IMG/VR virus record: IMGVR_UViG_3300031241_000001
Strand: one strand, 5' to 3'
Source of the DNA: an uncultured virus (IMG/VR IMGVR_UViG_3300031241_000001)
Lineage: Duplodnaviria; Heunggongvirae; Uroviricota; Caudoviricetes
DNA length: 64,000 bases
This document shows positions 32,696 through 44,556 of this stretch, piece by piece. Within the stretch, counting starts at the first letter, position 1, and each line of letters opens with the position of its first letter. The translations under genes and the position numbers were made by a program. The notes beneath the pieces were generated by a model, which was not told the origin of the DNA, did no database searches, and saw only the letters and a program-made list of their open reading frames with translations.

Positions 32696-35600
32696 GCGCC
32701 GTGCCGCGAGGCGTGTCCTGCACGGCACGGTGGCGACGTCGATCGTCGCGGGTCGAACACGGGTGGGCCGCTACCCAGGCTGCGTCATCGCGTGGTTGCA
32801 CGGGCGTCGGATCGGCACGGGCGATGCTTTGGAAGAGGGCATGACGACCACGGCGCTCTTCGGTCCCGACTGCCCGATCACCAAGGCGCTCGCGGGGCAG
32901 CCCCAGCTCGCGGTCGCCGATCGCGCGACCTATGATCGGATCTGGGCCCGGCTCGCGCGTGCCGACAGCGATAAGCGTCGCGCAGAGAAGCGGGGCGACG
33001 CGGCGAAGCTCGCCGCCGCCAAGCGCGCGATCGCCCGCGCGACAGGCGCACGGGACGCGCTCCTGGCTCCCGTGATCGGGCACCTGTGGGCGCCCGCCCG
33101 CATCATCGCCACGTTCGAGGCGGACTGGCACGGGAAGGCCGGTGCTGGAGTCCACCGCCACGCCTGCGAGATGGTCCTCGACCACAAGGACCTGTCCGGT
33201 CCGCAGTACCGGACCGTGCGTGTGCTCAAGGACGAGGGTGGACCGCCCACGAACGCACGCTCCGCGCCCGACGCGATGGGCGTCGCGTGGTTCGCGATCG
33301 AGGCGCAGATCCGCTGCGGGCAGATCGTCGTGCTCGACGAGGAGCCGTCGTGAGCGCGCGCTCCGTGACGCTGAAGGACGTGCGGGACGCTGCGCTGATC
33401 GGGCAGATTGTCGGCGAGGCGTCGATGGCGGACGCCCCGACCATCTGCCTCGGTGAGGGGTGCGGGCACCCGCTTGAAGAAGACTGCGTTGCGTCCGCGC
33501 TTGGCGCCTCGGGTGGCGCGTACGACCTCTGGCTCTGCGCCAGCAACGCGATCGCGACGACGCGCAACGAGCGCGCAGCGGAGATTGCCGACGCCGAAAC
33601 GTCGGACGCGAAGCTGCGGCTCAAGAAGCTCTACGCTTGGGTCGACGGCGTCTGCGGGTCGATCGAAGACCTCGCCACGGCCGAGTTGCATGCAGCGTCG
33701 TTGCTCCGCGACGGGGACATCCCGCCCGGCTGGAGTATCGAGTTCTCGCCCGCCGTGGAGGACCAGTGAGCAACCGCAAGGCGCACCGTCGCGAGCGCAG
33801 CTTCCGTCGGGCCGAGCGCTTCACCGCGCATCGGCACCGCCGTCCCGGACGCAGTGAGCGAACGGCGCGGCAGGTCGAGGAGCGCCACGAGCGGCGCAGC
33901 GCCCGGAGGCTTGTCCGCGAGTGCTTCACGGAGGAAGTGTGAAGATGAAGACGCGCCACGAGCGCTTGGGGCTCCGCACCATCGAGTTGGAAGGGCGCTA
34001 CCTCTACGAGGTGACCGCGAAGACCGGCGATGGTCAGACGGCGACCGCCGTTGTCGCGGCCGACACCGAGGGGAAGGCACGCACATGCTTGATGGCGGTG
34101 CAGACGACGATGCACCTGCGCGGGCAGCTCGTGACATTCGAGGTCCGCCAGGTCGGAGGCGCGGCGTGACCATCGAGCAGTGGCTGGCGGTGTTCGCCGC
34201 GGGGCATCGTGACGCGCGCGGCGTTTGCAAGGAACCTTGCGCTCGCGCCGAGGACGCGCTGGACGTGTGCGGTGTGGTCATGCTCGTGGTGCTGGGCGTG
34301 TTCCTGGTGCTCAGGAGCGTGGCGTGACGACCGGCCAGTGGTTCGCGTGGGTGGTGCTCGGCGCGTGGCGGTACGACGCGCGTGGGTGCTACATCGAGTC
34401 GCGCACGCGCGCCGAGGACGAGTTGGAGACGCGGCTCTGGTGCTTCGCGAGCGGTCTCGACCCCGAGGGTTGGCGCGGGTGGTGCTCCTCCGACTACGAG
34501 GCGCTTCCCGAGGAGCTGGCATGATCTACGTTGTGACGATCCAGGACAAGACGCTCTACGGCGAGCCCGACATCGCGCTCGCGGTCGTCGACGCGCCCGA
34601 CGAGCAGGCCGCGGCCCGTGCCGCGTACCCGACGATCGAGCAGCTCGCCGACGCGGGACGCGGGCGATGCGTGCCGCATGTACGCGCGATCGAGCCCGGG
34701 AAGTTCTACCGGCTCGGGGCGCTCGTCAGGCTGGCGTTTGACCCGAACGCGGAGACGCAGATCGATCCTGCGCACAAGGCGCAGATCGAGGGGGTGCTCG
34801 GCCGAACGCTGCACGCGGACGAGCTGGTGAGGGTGGATGCCCTGAGCCGCATCTCGCCTGTGGAGCGTCTTGTCGCCGAGGAGTTGGCGCGCAAGCAGAT
34901 CGTGCTCTGCGCGCTCTATCTGCGGGCCGTCGCGCCAGTCGGCATGGGTGAAGCGATGCGCTTCATCGACGCGCTGCTCAACCCGAGGAGCACGGAAGCG
35001 TGATGGACCTCATGGAAGGGCTGGAGGAGCGCCGCGGCGTCAACGTCGGCTTCTTCTACCTCCGGGCGAAGGGCGCGGAGGCGACGTGCAAGGTCCAGGT
35101 GTTCGTCGAGGCAGACGGCGACGTCCGGCACGTGTGGGATGGCGAGCGCTGGCGCGCCTACGAAGCGTTCGAGCCCGCGGACGTCCTGGAGGACGCGATC
35201 GAGCAGTGCAGGGCGTTCAACGGGGCGCTTCAGTGAAGCGCGACGACATCGTCGTCATGCTCAAGCATGGCCACGAGCGCGAGCTTTGGTGCGTGCTCGC
35301 ATGCGGACCGAAGACCTTCGACCTGGTCGCGTACAGCGGCTACGTCGAGCGCCACAAACATGGCAACGTCGCGACGCGACCGGCGACCGCCGCGGACTTC
35401 CACGGCGACGAGGAACACCAGACGACACACCTCCGCAAAGAAGCCGCAGCCGCACGCGAGGAGCGCCGAACCGGCGCACGCGTCAAGAGAGGGCAGGTAT
35501 GGCCAAGCCACTGAGTCCCTCGACAGGAGCAGACCTCGGCGCGTTCGTCTGTCCCATGACGCATGAACACCGCAACCACCCGCTCGGTGGCGGCGCCTCT

Positions 35601-36223
35601 ACCCCTTCTTCTCACCGAAGATCCTGCGCGACATCGAGTTGGCGTACATCCTCGCGAAAGCCGCGCACCGATCGCAGACGCGCAAGGAGCTCAACGATCT
35701 CGGCGAGCCCGTGCGGTACTTCGAGCATGTGCGCCGCGCCACCCTCATCGGGATCGACCTCGCGCAGATCGTCCGGCCCGACACCGTGATCGCCAGCATC
35801 CTGCACGACGCACGACGGCATCGAGGACACGCGCGACCTGCGCCCCGAGATGATCGAGCACGTCTTCGGCGCCGACGTCTGCGGGGTCGTGAAGGTGCTC
35901 TCGAAAGATCCGAAGGAGGGCTACCTGGAACGCTTCTACGTCTGCACGGCGTTGCCTAGGAATCGATAACGAGGCAAGTGTTCAAGGGCAGCACGTCTGA
36001 TTGATGGGCAGCTAGCATGGTCGCCAGATTGGCTGATCCAACAAGTTGCGTCTCGCTAGAGCGGCCTCGGCATGTTGCCGACACAGCCACTTCGAGTGAC
36101 CAGGCGTTGACGTAGCTACGACGCACATCGTCGCAGCGCGCGAACACTGGCGCTTTTCGCGGCCGAGTTTGTGTGGAAACGGAGACCGATCGACAACGGT
36201 CTCCTCGCAGCGCAGCGTGTCCG

Positions 36224-36766
36224 TCATCGCTTCCGCGCTCGCTTCAGGAACGCCTCGACCGCCGACAGAGCAAGCATCACCGCGATCTCCTCGTTCACCT
36301 TCGCGTTGGACATCCCCAACGCCCTTGCCTTGTCCGCAGTTTCTTCGAGGTACTTGCGGGCGGCCTTCTCGAAGGTCCCGCGCTCATCCGCCAATAGCCA
36401 GTACCGCGTGCTTGGGTCTTTGACCTGTTCAGCCGCGAGCCGCACGATCTCTCGCGCTCTCACGCCACGCGCGTGCCCGACGGGATCATCCTCGTGTGAC
36501 GCTTTCCTCGTCGCGTGATGCGTCGATGTCTCTGTACGCTCAACGTCGAACACTTTGGAAGCAAGGTAGGAACGTCGCACCATCCCTCCAGCTTCCTTCG
36601 CGCTACGGGCCACGATCTTGACCCTGGCGCCTTCAAGGATCGGCGCTTCTTCAATACGGAGGCTGTCCGATGCCATGCGGATGATGTCACCACGCCGCAG
36701 ATCGGTCGCCGGAATGGAAACCACGGTCACCGGATCTCCGTACGAGTCGCGCGCGGTCTTGACCAT
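36224..36766 (-). CDS. hypothetical cargo protein
   Basis: 180 aa; TAGACT box 6 nt upstream; HHATRK linker. Confidence 0.7.
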   Translation of the reverse strand: MVKTARDSYGDPVTVVSIPATDLRRGDIIRMASDSLRIEEAPILEGARVKIVARSAKEAGGMVRRSYLASKVFDVERTETSTHHATRKASHEDDPVGHARGVRAREIVRLAAEQVKDPSTRYWLLADERGTFEKAARKYLEETADKARALGMSNAKVNEEIAVMLALSAVEAFLKRARKR

Positions 36767-37049
36767 GACGCCAGTCTACCGGCGCTGGGGACAGAATGCG
36801 ACTTCTGTGCGCATTCTGTCCCCGGCTACTTGACGAGCTTCAGGACGGCCTCGCGAGGCTGATCCTCGACGACGGTCTCCTCGTCGGTGAAGTCACTCGG
36901 CGGTCTCCCGCAGTGCGGGCACGTCCGTGGCGACAGGAGCGCGCCCGCGAGCAGGTCGTCGATCCCCACGTCGGTCAGCCGCGCGACGCTGTACGCGAGC
37001 CTCGCGGTCACGTCGCGTCCGCGCGCGTTCGTGACCTTCACGAGCGAGT

Positions 37050-37224
37050 CGACCGCGCCGACCTTGTCGATCGCTTCGAGGTTCTTCTTGCTGAGGTATG
37101 CCTTGTCGGCACTCACTTCCTTGACCGCGAACCGCTGCGCCGTCGCGACGAGTAGCTCGGGCAGGAGCGGACAGTCCGCTTCCGGCGACACCTTCGCGCT
37201 CGTGACGACGTTCGTCACGGTGCC
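37050..37224 (-). pseudogene. DDE transposase fragment (IS4/IS5-like)
   Basis: TNVVTSAKVS..ADCPLLPELL...VKEVSADKAYLSKKNLEAI. Confidence 0.6.
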
Positions 37225-38105
37225 GTCTGCACCGACTGGCGCCCGTACTTCGTGAAGGCGTGCGACCGACTCGACAACCTTCGCTCCATGGAGGGGTCCA
37301 CCGTCGAGTTCCGTCGGAAGCAGGTGGCCGAGACCCGCGACAAATACTACCGGCTGTTCGACCGCATGGTCACGCTGACTCCGGAGGAGTACCGCGACGG
37401 TGTCCGGCGCCTTCGCGAGCATGTCAGTCAAGCGGTCGCCGCAATCCCACTCGACTGAGAACTTGGAGCACGCTATGACCCGCATCTTCACGCTCGAGTA
37501 CGAGCACACGTGGCCGACAACGTGCTGGCCAGACGACCTCCCCCTCGCGCCCGGTGTCTTACGGGAGGTCTGGGGCGATTCCGCCGGGAAACCTACGGGT
37601 CAGAGGTTCCTGCGGGATGTGCCGGGTGTGCGGGACCAAGAGCACGCCTGGGAGATCGTACGCGCTGACGCGCGGCCGGGCTTCGGGACCATCCTGCACG
37701 CGGTGACGCCGAGACCGGCCACGTACGTCAGCCAAGGGTTCCGCCGGGCCGATCGTAGTCGTGCCCTCTGAACGCTGCGAGTTCTGTGGCAAGTTCGGCG
37801 CGCGACGCAACGTGTTCGATCGCGGGCCGAACGGTCACGGAGGACGTGACCTCCTCACATTCTACGAATGTGCGCGATGTGAAGCTAAGCGTCGATCGTC
37901 GACGCCCCCGGGTCCCCCGGGTCACCGAACACCCGACTCCTGAGCGCCACGGCGTGCCGGCGACGCCACGGCTAGGTGGCCCTGGCCCTGGCGCCGTCGT
38001 CTCTTGGAGGACTTACCGGGGGCATGGGACCGGTACGCGGGTTGCTACTCTTAGATTGCAGGCGACGCTGAGTCGCCACTGACCCTCGCTGAAAGGACCA
38101 ACGTC

Positions 38106-38723
38106 ATGACCGTCACTGATACCGACACCACCACGAATCTCGAGGCTTCCCTCACCAAGTTGTCCGACACGATCGCGCCGCTCGTCGCCGCGCACGCCGC
38201 TTCTGAGGAGGCCAAGACTGACGAGCTGGCCGCGCAGGTCGCGCTCGTGGCGCGGATCCTGGAGATCGCGCGCCCCGCCGTGCGCGCTCTCGGCTCGCGC
38301 CCCAAGACGTCCAACGACTACATCGCCGGGGAGGGCGACGTAGGATCGACGCGCGCGAGCTGGCGCGGGTTGATCCTCACGTGCACGACGAAGGAGCTGG
38401 GGCCGTCGCGCGACAAGCTGCGCCGCGACGACAACGACGGCACCTACGAGGGCAGGGACGTGTTCCTGCGCGATGACGGCCAGCTCGTCGAGTTGGCCTA
38501 CTCCGGGTCGTGGAGTAACTGGCAGGGATCGCGCTGCGGCTGGACGACCGAGGAGCGGACGATCACCGTCGAGGCGTTCTGCCGGAATTGGGCAACGTCC
38601 GCGCCTGATCGTCTGGTCGTGCAGCTGCAAGCGCTCGCTGACGCGGCGGGAGATCGCGACAAGGTGACGAAGGTTTCGCGCGCGCGTGCCAGCAAGTACC
38701 GCGCGATCCTGGCGCTGCTGTAG
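38106..38723 (+). CDS. hypothetical protein
   Basis: 205 aa, AAGGA RBS. Confidence 0.75.
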   Translation: MTVTDTDTTTNLEASLTKLSDTIAPLVAAHAASEEAKTDELAAQVALVARILEIARPAVRALGSRPKTSNDYIAGEGDVGSTRASWRGLILTCTTKELGPSRDKLRRDDNDGTYEGRDVFLRDDGQLVELAYSGSWSNWQGSRCGWTTEERTITVEAFCRNWATSAPDRLVVQLQALADAAGDRDKVTKVSRARASKYRAILALL

Positions 38724-39364
38724 GGGGGCGTCGTGACCGAGAAGCGCCAAGGACTCCCCGACCTGCCGTGCCCGCACTGCGGGCACGCCGACACGATCCC
38801 GTTGCGGAACTACGGCAGACCGATCGTTGGTGAGTCGCCGGGCACGTCGCGCTGGCAGTGCCTGGAGTGCAAGCACCAGTTCGACGGGCCCCTGGTGCGG
38901 CGATGAGGCGCCGTGAAGCCGTGTGGATCGAGGTGCGTGCCGCGGAGATCGCTGCGCAGATGGTCCACGAGCTTTGTCACGACATGACCATCGAGGAGGT
39001 CGTCGGCTGGATGCGCCGCGGAGACAACCGCGAGCGCGGGAGCTACCCGAAGTCGCCTGCGTGGCAGGCCGGTTGGCTGGCCGCGATCATCTGGGGCCAC
39101 GAGCGTCGAGGTGAGCCGTGAAGCGCTGGGTGCGCGCGCAGCGTCACGGCTTCTGGCCGTTTGTCCGTTGTCCGTTCTGTCCGTCGCGTGGAGAGCAGGC
39201 GCTCAACGAGCTGATGCCGTGGTGCTCGACGTGCGGCTGCGAGTACCGGATCACGCCGCGCGGCGCCACGTTCGACCAGGCGCTCAAGACGCCGCGCTAC
39301 GCCTGGGGTAAGGCGATCAACCTCGCGGGCGGCGTGAAGATCGGCAAGCCGTGACGCGTCGCCC

Positions 39365-39432
39365 GGGTAGTGGGGCACCCGTGTCTCGTGAGCCCCGACC
39401 GTCGCCGTGCGGAGCCGGGTGCGGGATCACTC
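39365..39432. promoter_or_regulatory. Paired operator GGGT-N8-AC(C/T)C
   Basis: GGGTagtggggcACCC (39365) and GGGTgcgggatcACTC (39417), upstream of the ATG at 39498. Confidence 0.6.
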
Positions 39433-41112
39433 GGGCTAACCGTCCGCGTACTTGCGGCGCTACCGACCTGGGCACGCGATCTGCTTTACTGCATCCCATG
39501 GCGATCAAGTTCGAGAAGATCGAGCCCGGCATGACCCTGCTCGACATCCACGCCGAGAAGATGGGTAACACCACCATGAGCGAGCTGGGTTGCTGGCAGG
39601 TCAAGGTGATCTCCGTTGACGCGGCGAAGCGCACTGCCGTTGTCTCGTGGAACAGCAACCGCCCGGAGGTCTACTACGAGCGTCAGCTGACCACGCTCTA
39701 CCGCGAGGGCAAGGAGCCGAAGCGCTATCGTGACCAGCAAGAGTGTCGCCGCAAGAATGGAACGCGGTTCTGATGTCGGCGCCCTTGTCCAATCGTACGT
39801 GGCAGAGCTGCGTCCCGTCGTGCGGCACGGTTCACGCGCGTGACCGTTACCGTTGGTACAGCGCTTCACGCGCCGCGCGCGGTCACACGGTGCGTGACAT
39901 CGCACGGAAGTGCTTCGCGATCCTGGTCGCGATCGTCGCCGCCGTGGTCGCTCTCGTGGGCGCCTACTACTTCCTGTACTTCCTGTGTCTCGCGATCTTC
40001 ACCGCCGTGGGCGTGGGCCTCGTCTCGCACATCGTCAGCGTGGGGGGGGACTGGCTCGCGCCTTCGCGCCGTGACCGCGACCCGCAGGCGAGGCGTCTCT
40101 GATGTCGGCGCCCATGACCGAGAGCGAGTGGCAGAACTTCTACGAGATCACGTCCGTCAAGGGCCGGATCTGGAAGCGGAGCGAGGTCGCCAAGCGCGCC
40201 GTCGAGATGCTGAAGGTGCTGTCGCCGGGGATTCTGGCGCCCGTGGGCCGCGTCGCCGTCTTGTTCGTGCTGGACGACCCGGCGTTCATGCGCCCGCGCC
40301 GTGGCATGGTGCCCGCGCGTGTGGCCGAGGACGCGGCGATCGAGGCCATGCTGCTCGTGCAGCGTGGGGTGACGTCGTGAGCGACACCGCGCGGCGCTGC
40401 CTCGCGATCGTGGTCGCGATCGTGTCCGCCTACTTCCTCTTGCATGTCCTGCGGTTCGTGGCCCTCACCGGCGAGGAGCGTGGCGTCTGCGCGGGCATCG
40501 TCGGCTACGTGGTGGGCGACTGCCTCGCGGCCCCTCGCCGTCGGAGGAAGCGGTGAGTGACCCGGCCGAGAAGCCGTTCACTGTCGCGGAGTGGTTGCTG
40601 CTCGCGCAGATCGCGGTTGCTGCTGGCGCGCGGGCTGACGCGCGTGGTGAGTCGGCCGCGCCGTACGACGCGCTGAGCGAGAAGTGCGACGCGCGTGCGA
40701 TCGCGCTCGCCCAGGGTCGGGTGATGCCGTGACGCGCGCCGGAGAGCGTGGTCCTTGCGCACGCTGCGGTCGAAAAACGGCCATCCGGGACGGGGCTGCC
40801 GCGGACGGTCGGCCCCAGTACCGTTGTCTCAACGGTGCCTGTGCGGACACGTGGACCAGGGGTCTTTTCGGTGAGGCGTGGGACACGCAACCGGCGTCGA
40901 CTCGGACGCGGAGGGTCCCCTAACGTGTTCACGCTCGAAGAGGTCGAACTGGGAGGTGCGGCCCTGGAGGCCGCCCGCGCGACCGACGCCGTCCATACGC
41001 GCGCCGTCGCGATGCGGATGCTGCGCGACGAGTGCGGCTGGACGCTGCGTCGCGCCGACCAGGTCTTGTCGTACTTGCTGACGCTGCCGCTGCTGGCGGA
41101 GAGGACTCCGTG

Positions 41113-41454
41113 ATGCTGGCCGACCGAGCGCTCAAGAAGGCTGCACGTCGCGCGATCCGGCTCATCGAGGAGCGGGGCTTCCGCCGGGGCAAGCGCGGGC
41201 CGGGGCTCTGCGTGGGTGACGCGATCGCCGAGGCCGACCCCGCGAAGAAGTACCGCTGGACGCTGTGGGTGTGGGCGGAGTCCGTCATCTGCGCGACCAC
41301 GCGCATGCGGCACGGCGGAGGCAAGGGCCTGATCCCGCGCTGGAACGACGCGCCCGGTCGCACGAAGGAGGAGGCGGTCGAGTTGCTCCGCCGCGTCGCT
41401 CGGCACGACGTGCCCTTCACGTACCGCGACGCGCGCGGGTTGGTGCGGTCGTGA
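41113..41454 (+). CDS. DUF6197-like hypothetical protein
   Basis: GLCVGDAI...WNDAPGRTKEEAVELL. Confidence 0.55.
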   Translation: MLADRALKKAARRAIRLIEERGFRRGKRGPGLCVGDAIAEADPAKKYRWTLWVWAESVICATTRMRHGGGKGLIPRWNDAPGRTKEEAVELLRRVARHDVPFTYRDARGLVRS

Positions 41455-41722
41455 TCGACGTGAGGGTCGACGGGGCGCTCGCCCGCGCGCTGTGGGAGGG
41501 CGACCTCGCCAAGCTGAACGAGCTGGCCGGCTGCCGTTGCTGCTGCGACGAGCACTTCTTCGAGGACTGTCCCGCGCGCGTCTGGGGCGGCTGTCGCGGG
41601 CAGGCGTCGCTCACGCGGGACGACTACGCGGCGTGGGAGGCCCACTACCGCAAGCACCACGGGCTCTCCCGTGACCAGTTCTACGGCGCGGAGGCTGTGC
41701 CCGTGGGGCAGCAGGGAGACGC

Positions 41723-42556
41723 TTGATGCACTGGATCATCCAGAACAACATCTACGAGGAGGAGGGCTTCGCCACGCTCTTAGAGACGCTCGACCGCTTC
41801 GACCTCACGCGCACGCTGGTCAAGGTCGTCCCGTTCGTCGGCGAGATCATCGGGACAGACGGGCCACCCCTGCCATCGTCCGGCGGCGACGCGATCGTGA
41901 TGGGTTCGTACTCGCTCGCTCGCCAGGCGAAAAAGATGGGTTGGGTGCCGGGGGCGTTCCTACACAACCTGGACTTCGAGGTCCAGCACCGCGCGTGGGG
42001 TGAGTGGATGCTCAACGCCGACGCGCACGTCTGCGCGTTCGACGCGGTGCCCTTCCAACCCGAGCCCTTCTTCATCCGCCCGGTGCACGACACCAAGGCG
42101 TTCACGGGGTACGTCGAGGACTGGGACGGGTACTCGAAGTGGCTCGCGTCGCTTCGGCGCCTGCCTGAGTCACCAGATCCGGAGAACGACCCGCTGGGCG
42201 TCAACCTGATGACCCTCAGCACACCGGTCATGGTTTGCGCGAAGAAGGAGATCTACTCCGAGACGCGCACGTGGGTCGTCGACGGTCGCGTCGTCACGAG
42301 CTCGGGGTTCAAGCTCGGGACCCTCAAGCGATACACGACGCCCGACCAGGTCGACTCGCGCGTCATCGACTTCGCGAACAGCGTGGCCGGTCACTGGTCA
42401 CCGAACGAAGCCTACGTGCTCGACGTCGCCGACACGGCTGACGGCCTCAAGGTCGGGGAGGTCAACAACCTGAACTCCGCGGGCTGGTACCGCGCGGACC
42501 TCCAACGGCTCGTCACAGCGCTTGAGGATCAGAGCGCTAGATCGAGGCGTCTGTGA
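41723..42556 (+). CDS. ATP-grasp domain protein (R2K/DUF4343-like)
   Basis: FFIRPVHDTKAFTG, ETRTWVVDGRVV, YVLDV...GEVNNLNSAGWY. Confidence 0.75.
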   Translation: MMHWIIQNNIYEEEGFATLLETLDRFDLTRTLVKVVPFVGEIIGTDGPPLPSSGGDAIVMGSYSLARQAKKMGWVPGAFLHNLDFEVQHRAWGEWMLNADAHVCAFDAVPFQPEPFFIRPVHDTKAFTGYVEDWDGYSKWLASLRRLPESPDPENDPLGVNLMTLSTPVMVCAKKEIYSETRTWVVDGRVVTSSGFKLGTLKRYTTPDQVDSRVIDFANSVAGHWSPNEAYVLDVADTADGLKVGEVNNLNSAGWYRADLQRLVTALEDQSARSRRL

Positions 42557-43717
42557 GCCGCGCGTCCTCGATCCGCGCGTTTCGCCAGGCGGTGGAGCTG
42601 CTGCGTTCGATCGACCCCAAGCTCTCGCTCTACGTCGCCAACGGCACGCTGTGCCTGATGAAGGGGCCGTCGCACGACGACCGCGGGCGCGCGCAGCAAG
42701 GCAACGTCATCGACAGTGCGGGCCGTCTGCGCCTCGATGGAGGTGACTGGTGACTGTCTCGGCGACGCACAGGACGCTCAACGAGGAAGGAGCCCGGAAG
42801 ATGAAGTGGAAGGACACCAGCTCGTACGCGCAAGGGGACGTTAAGCGCGTGCCTCATGAATTCGTGCTCGGACTCGGGCGCCTGCACCAGGACGCGATCA
42901 CCGTCCACCACTACATGGGCAGCGGGGACGCCTGGTTCGTCACCTGCCGCGGCGTCAACATCGAGCGCCAGAAGCTCGTTGCGATCGGCATCGAGGACGC
43001 GAAGGCCGAGGCGATCACAGTCGTCCAGGCGCGCGTTGACGCCTTCGTTGCCGCGATCAGGAAGGCCACCGAAGCGTGAGCGCGTCCTGGGACAGCAACC
43101 ACCAGCGCCCGGGCGTCGGCTGGGATCGACGCAAGGGGCAGCGGAATCAGGAGACCCTGCTTGGCTGGACGAAGCGCGGACGCGAAGTGATGTACTGGGT
43201 GGACTACGGTGTCGTGTGCCCCGACGAGGCGACGACCAACGGCAGCGCGTACGCCTTGATCTACTACGGCGCGGCACCCGTGCGCCTGACACCGCCGGGC
43301 GTGGCCTTCTTCGTCGGCTTCGCGTTCAGCACGCTCAAGCGTCGGTACGGCGATTCCACTGCAACGAAGGAGGCATCGTGACACGCGAAGAGAAACTGCG
43401 GGAGATCAAGGCTCACCCCGAGAGGCACCGGCACACGTTCGAGGAGCTGCAACGCTGCTGCATGCACGCCGGCGCGCTGGACACGCAGCTCTTGGACGCG
43501 CACGAGGCGCACGCGGCCGTCGGCGTCAACGGTGGACGGCGCTGTGACGTCACTCGCGGCCCCTGCGCGTGCGGGGCTTGGCACTGATGATGAATGCGCG
43601 GGCAGCCGTTTTTCATGAACGGCGCTTCATCGACAAGGCGAAGTGCTACCTGACGCGCGAGCAGTGCCTGACCATCTGGGCGGAAGTGAACGCTGAAGAA
43701 CCACCGGAGGTATCGTC

Positions 43718-44092
43718 GTGACCAAGTCGAAGAAGTTGCGCGTGCTGCACGAGATCTACGCCACGATCCCGAGCGCAGGCTGCAAGGGGTTGTGCACGGA
43801 GGCGTGCGCGTCGATCCCGGTGCTGCCGTTCGAGCTGGAGCAGCTTGAGGCCGTGGCCGGCCGGCGGCTGCCGACGATCTCCGCCGGGGACACCCTGATC
43901 CTGGGCGTTGCCGTCGGCGACGCCTGCCCGCTGCTCGTGATGGGGCGCTGTAGCGTCTACGACCAGCGACCGCTGATCTGCCGCGCGTTTGGCTCGGCGG
44001 AGGGGCTGCGCTGCCCGCACGGCTGCCGGCCTGACGAGTTGGTCCCCCGGGCGGAGGTCTTCGGAGCCTTCGAGAAAGTGGCGGAGCTGTAG
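43718..44092 (+). CDS. YkgJ-family cysteine-cluster protein
   Basis: CKGLCTEAC...CPLL..GRCSVYDQRPLICRAF. Confidence 0.8.
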   Translation: MTKSKKLRVLHEIYATIPSAGCKGLCTEACASIPVLPFELEQLEAVAGRRLPTISAGDTLILGVAVGDACPLLVMGRCSVYDQRPLICRAFGSAEGLRCPHGCRPDELVPRAEVFGAFEKVAEL

Positions 44093-44556
44093 ATGGAGCG
44101 GATCGTCTTGATCACCAACCTGCTCGACGTCTCTATCGACACGGGCTTCGGGAGCGTGCGCACGCCCACGAACGCGCTCGTGCTCTCTGACCGTGGGCCC
44201 AAGGACGGAACGGGGGCGCGCTACCGCATGCACGGCTTTCACAACGAGGCCGGTAATCCGACGTTCGACCTGACGCTGCCCTCGTTCGACTGGACGATCG
44301 AGGCGCAAACCTACCGGAGGTCCTTCGCGCTCTGCTTCGTCGGAAAGGTCCCGAAGATCATGCTCTCGACCGACTTCGCGAACGATCTGCCGCTCGACAT
44401 CGAGCGCATGGATCGCACGGACGTCGGATGGGCCGACGTCCTCCTGCGCAAGGTGCTTCGCTACTATCACGCGCCCTACATCGTGCTCGGGCAGCAGCTC
44501 GACGCGGATCGAGCGCGCGAGGTCCTCGGTGTCGAGAGCGTCGACGGGGCATCCCG

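Larger units (their letters stand above)
35948..37224. mobile_element. 1277-bp insertion with 8-bp direct repeats, cargo ORFs and a DDE transposase fragment
   Basis: GTCTGCAC at 35940-35947 and 37225-37232; ends GGC...GCC; removal restores FYVCTDWRPY. Confidence 0.8.
35556..37458 (+). pseudogene. HD-domain (RelA/SpoT/Mesh1-like) hydrolase, frameshifted and split by an insertion
   Basis: AKAAHRSQTRK..YFEH..ILHD-GIEDT and, after the insert, VKACDRLDNLRSM; 7-nt duplication at 35803-35816. Confidence 0.85.

Noticed and set aside
36826..37509. 227-aa ORF as an intact transposase
   Set aside because: Chimeric: its 5' part is antisense to the HD gene and only about 60 codons look transposase-like
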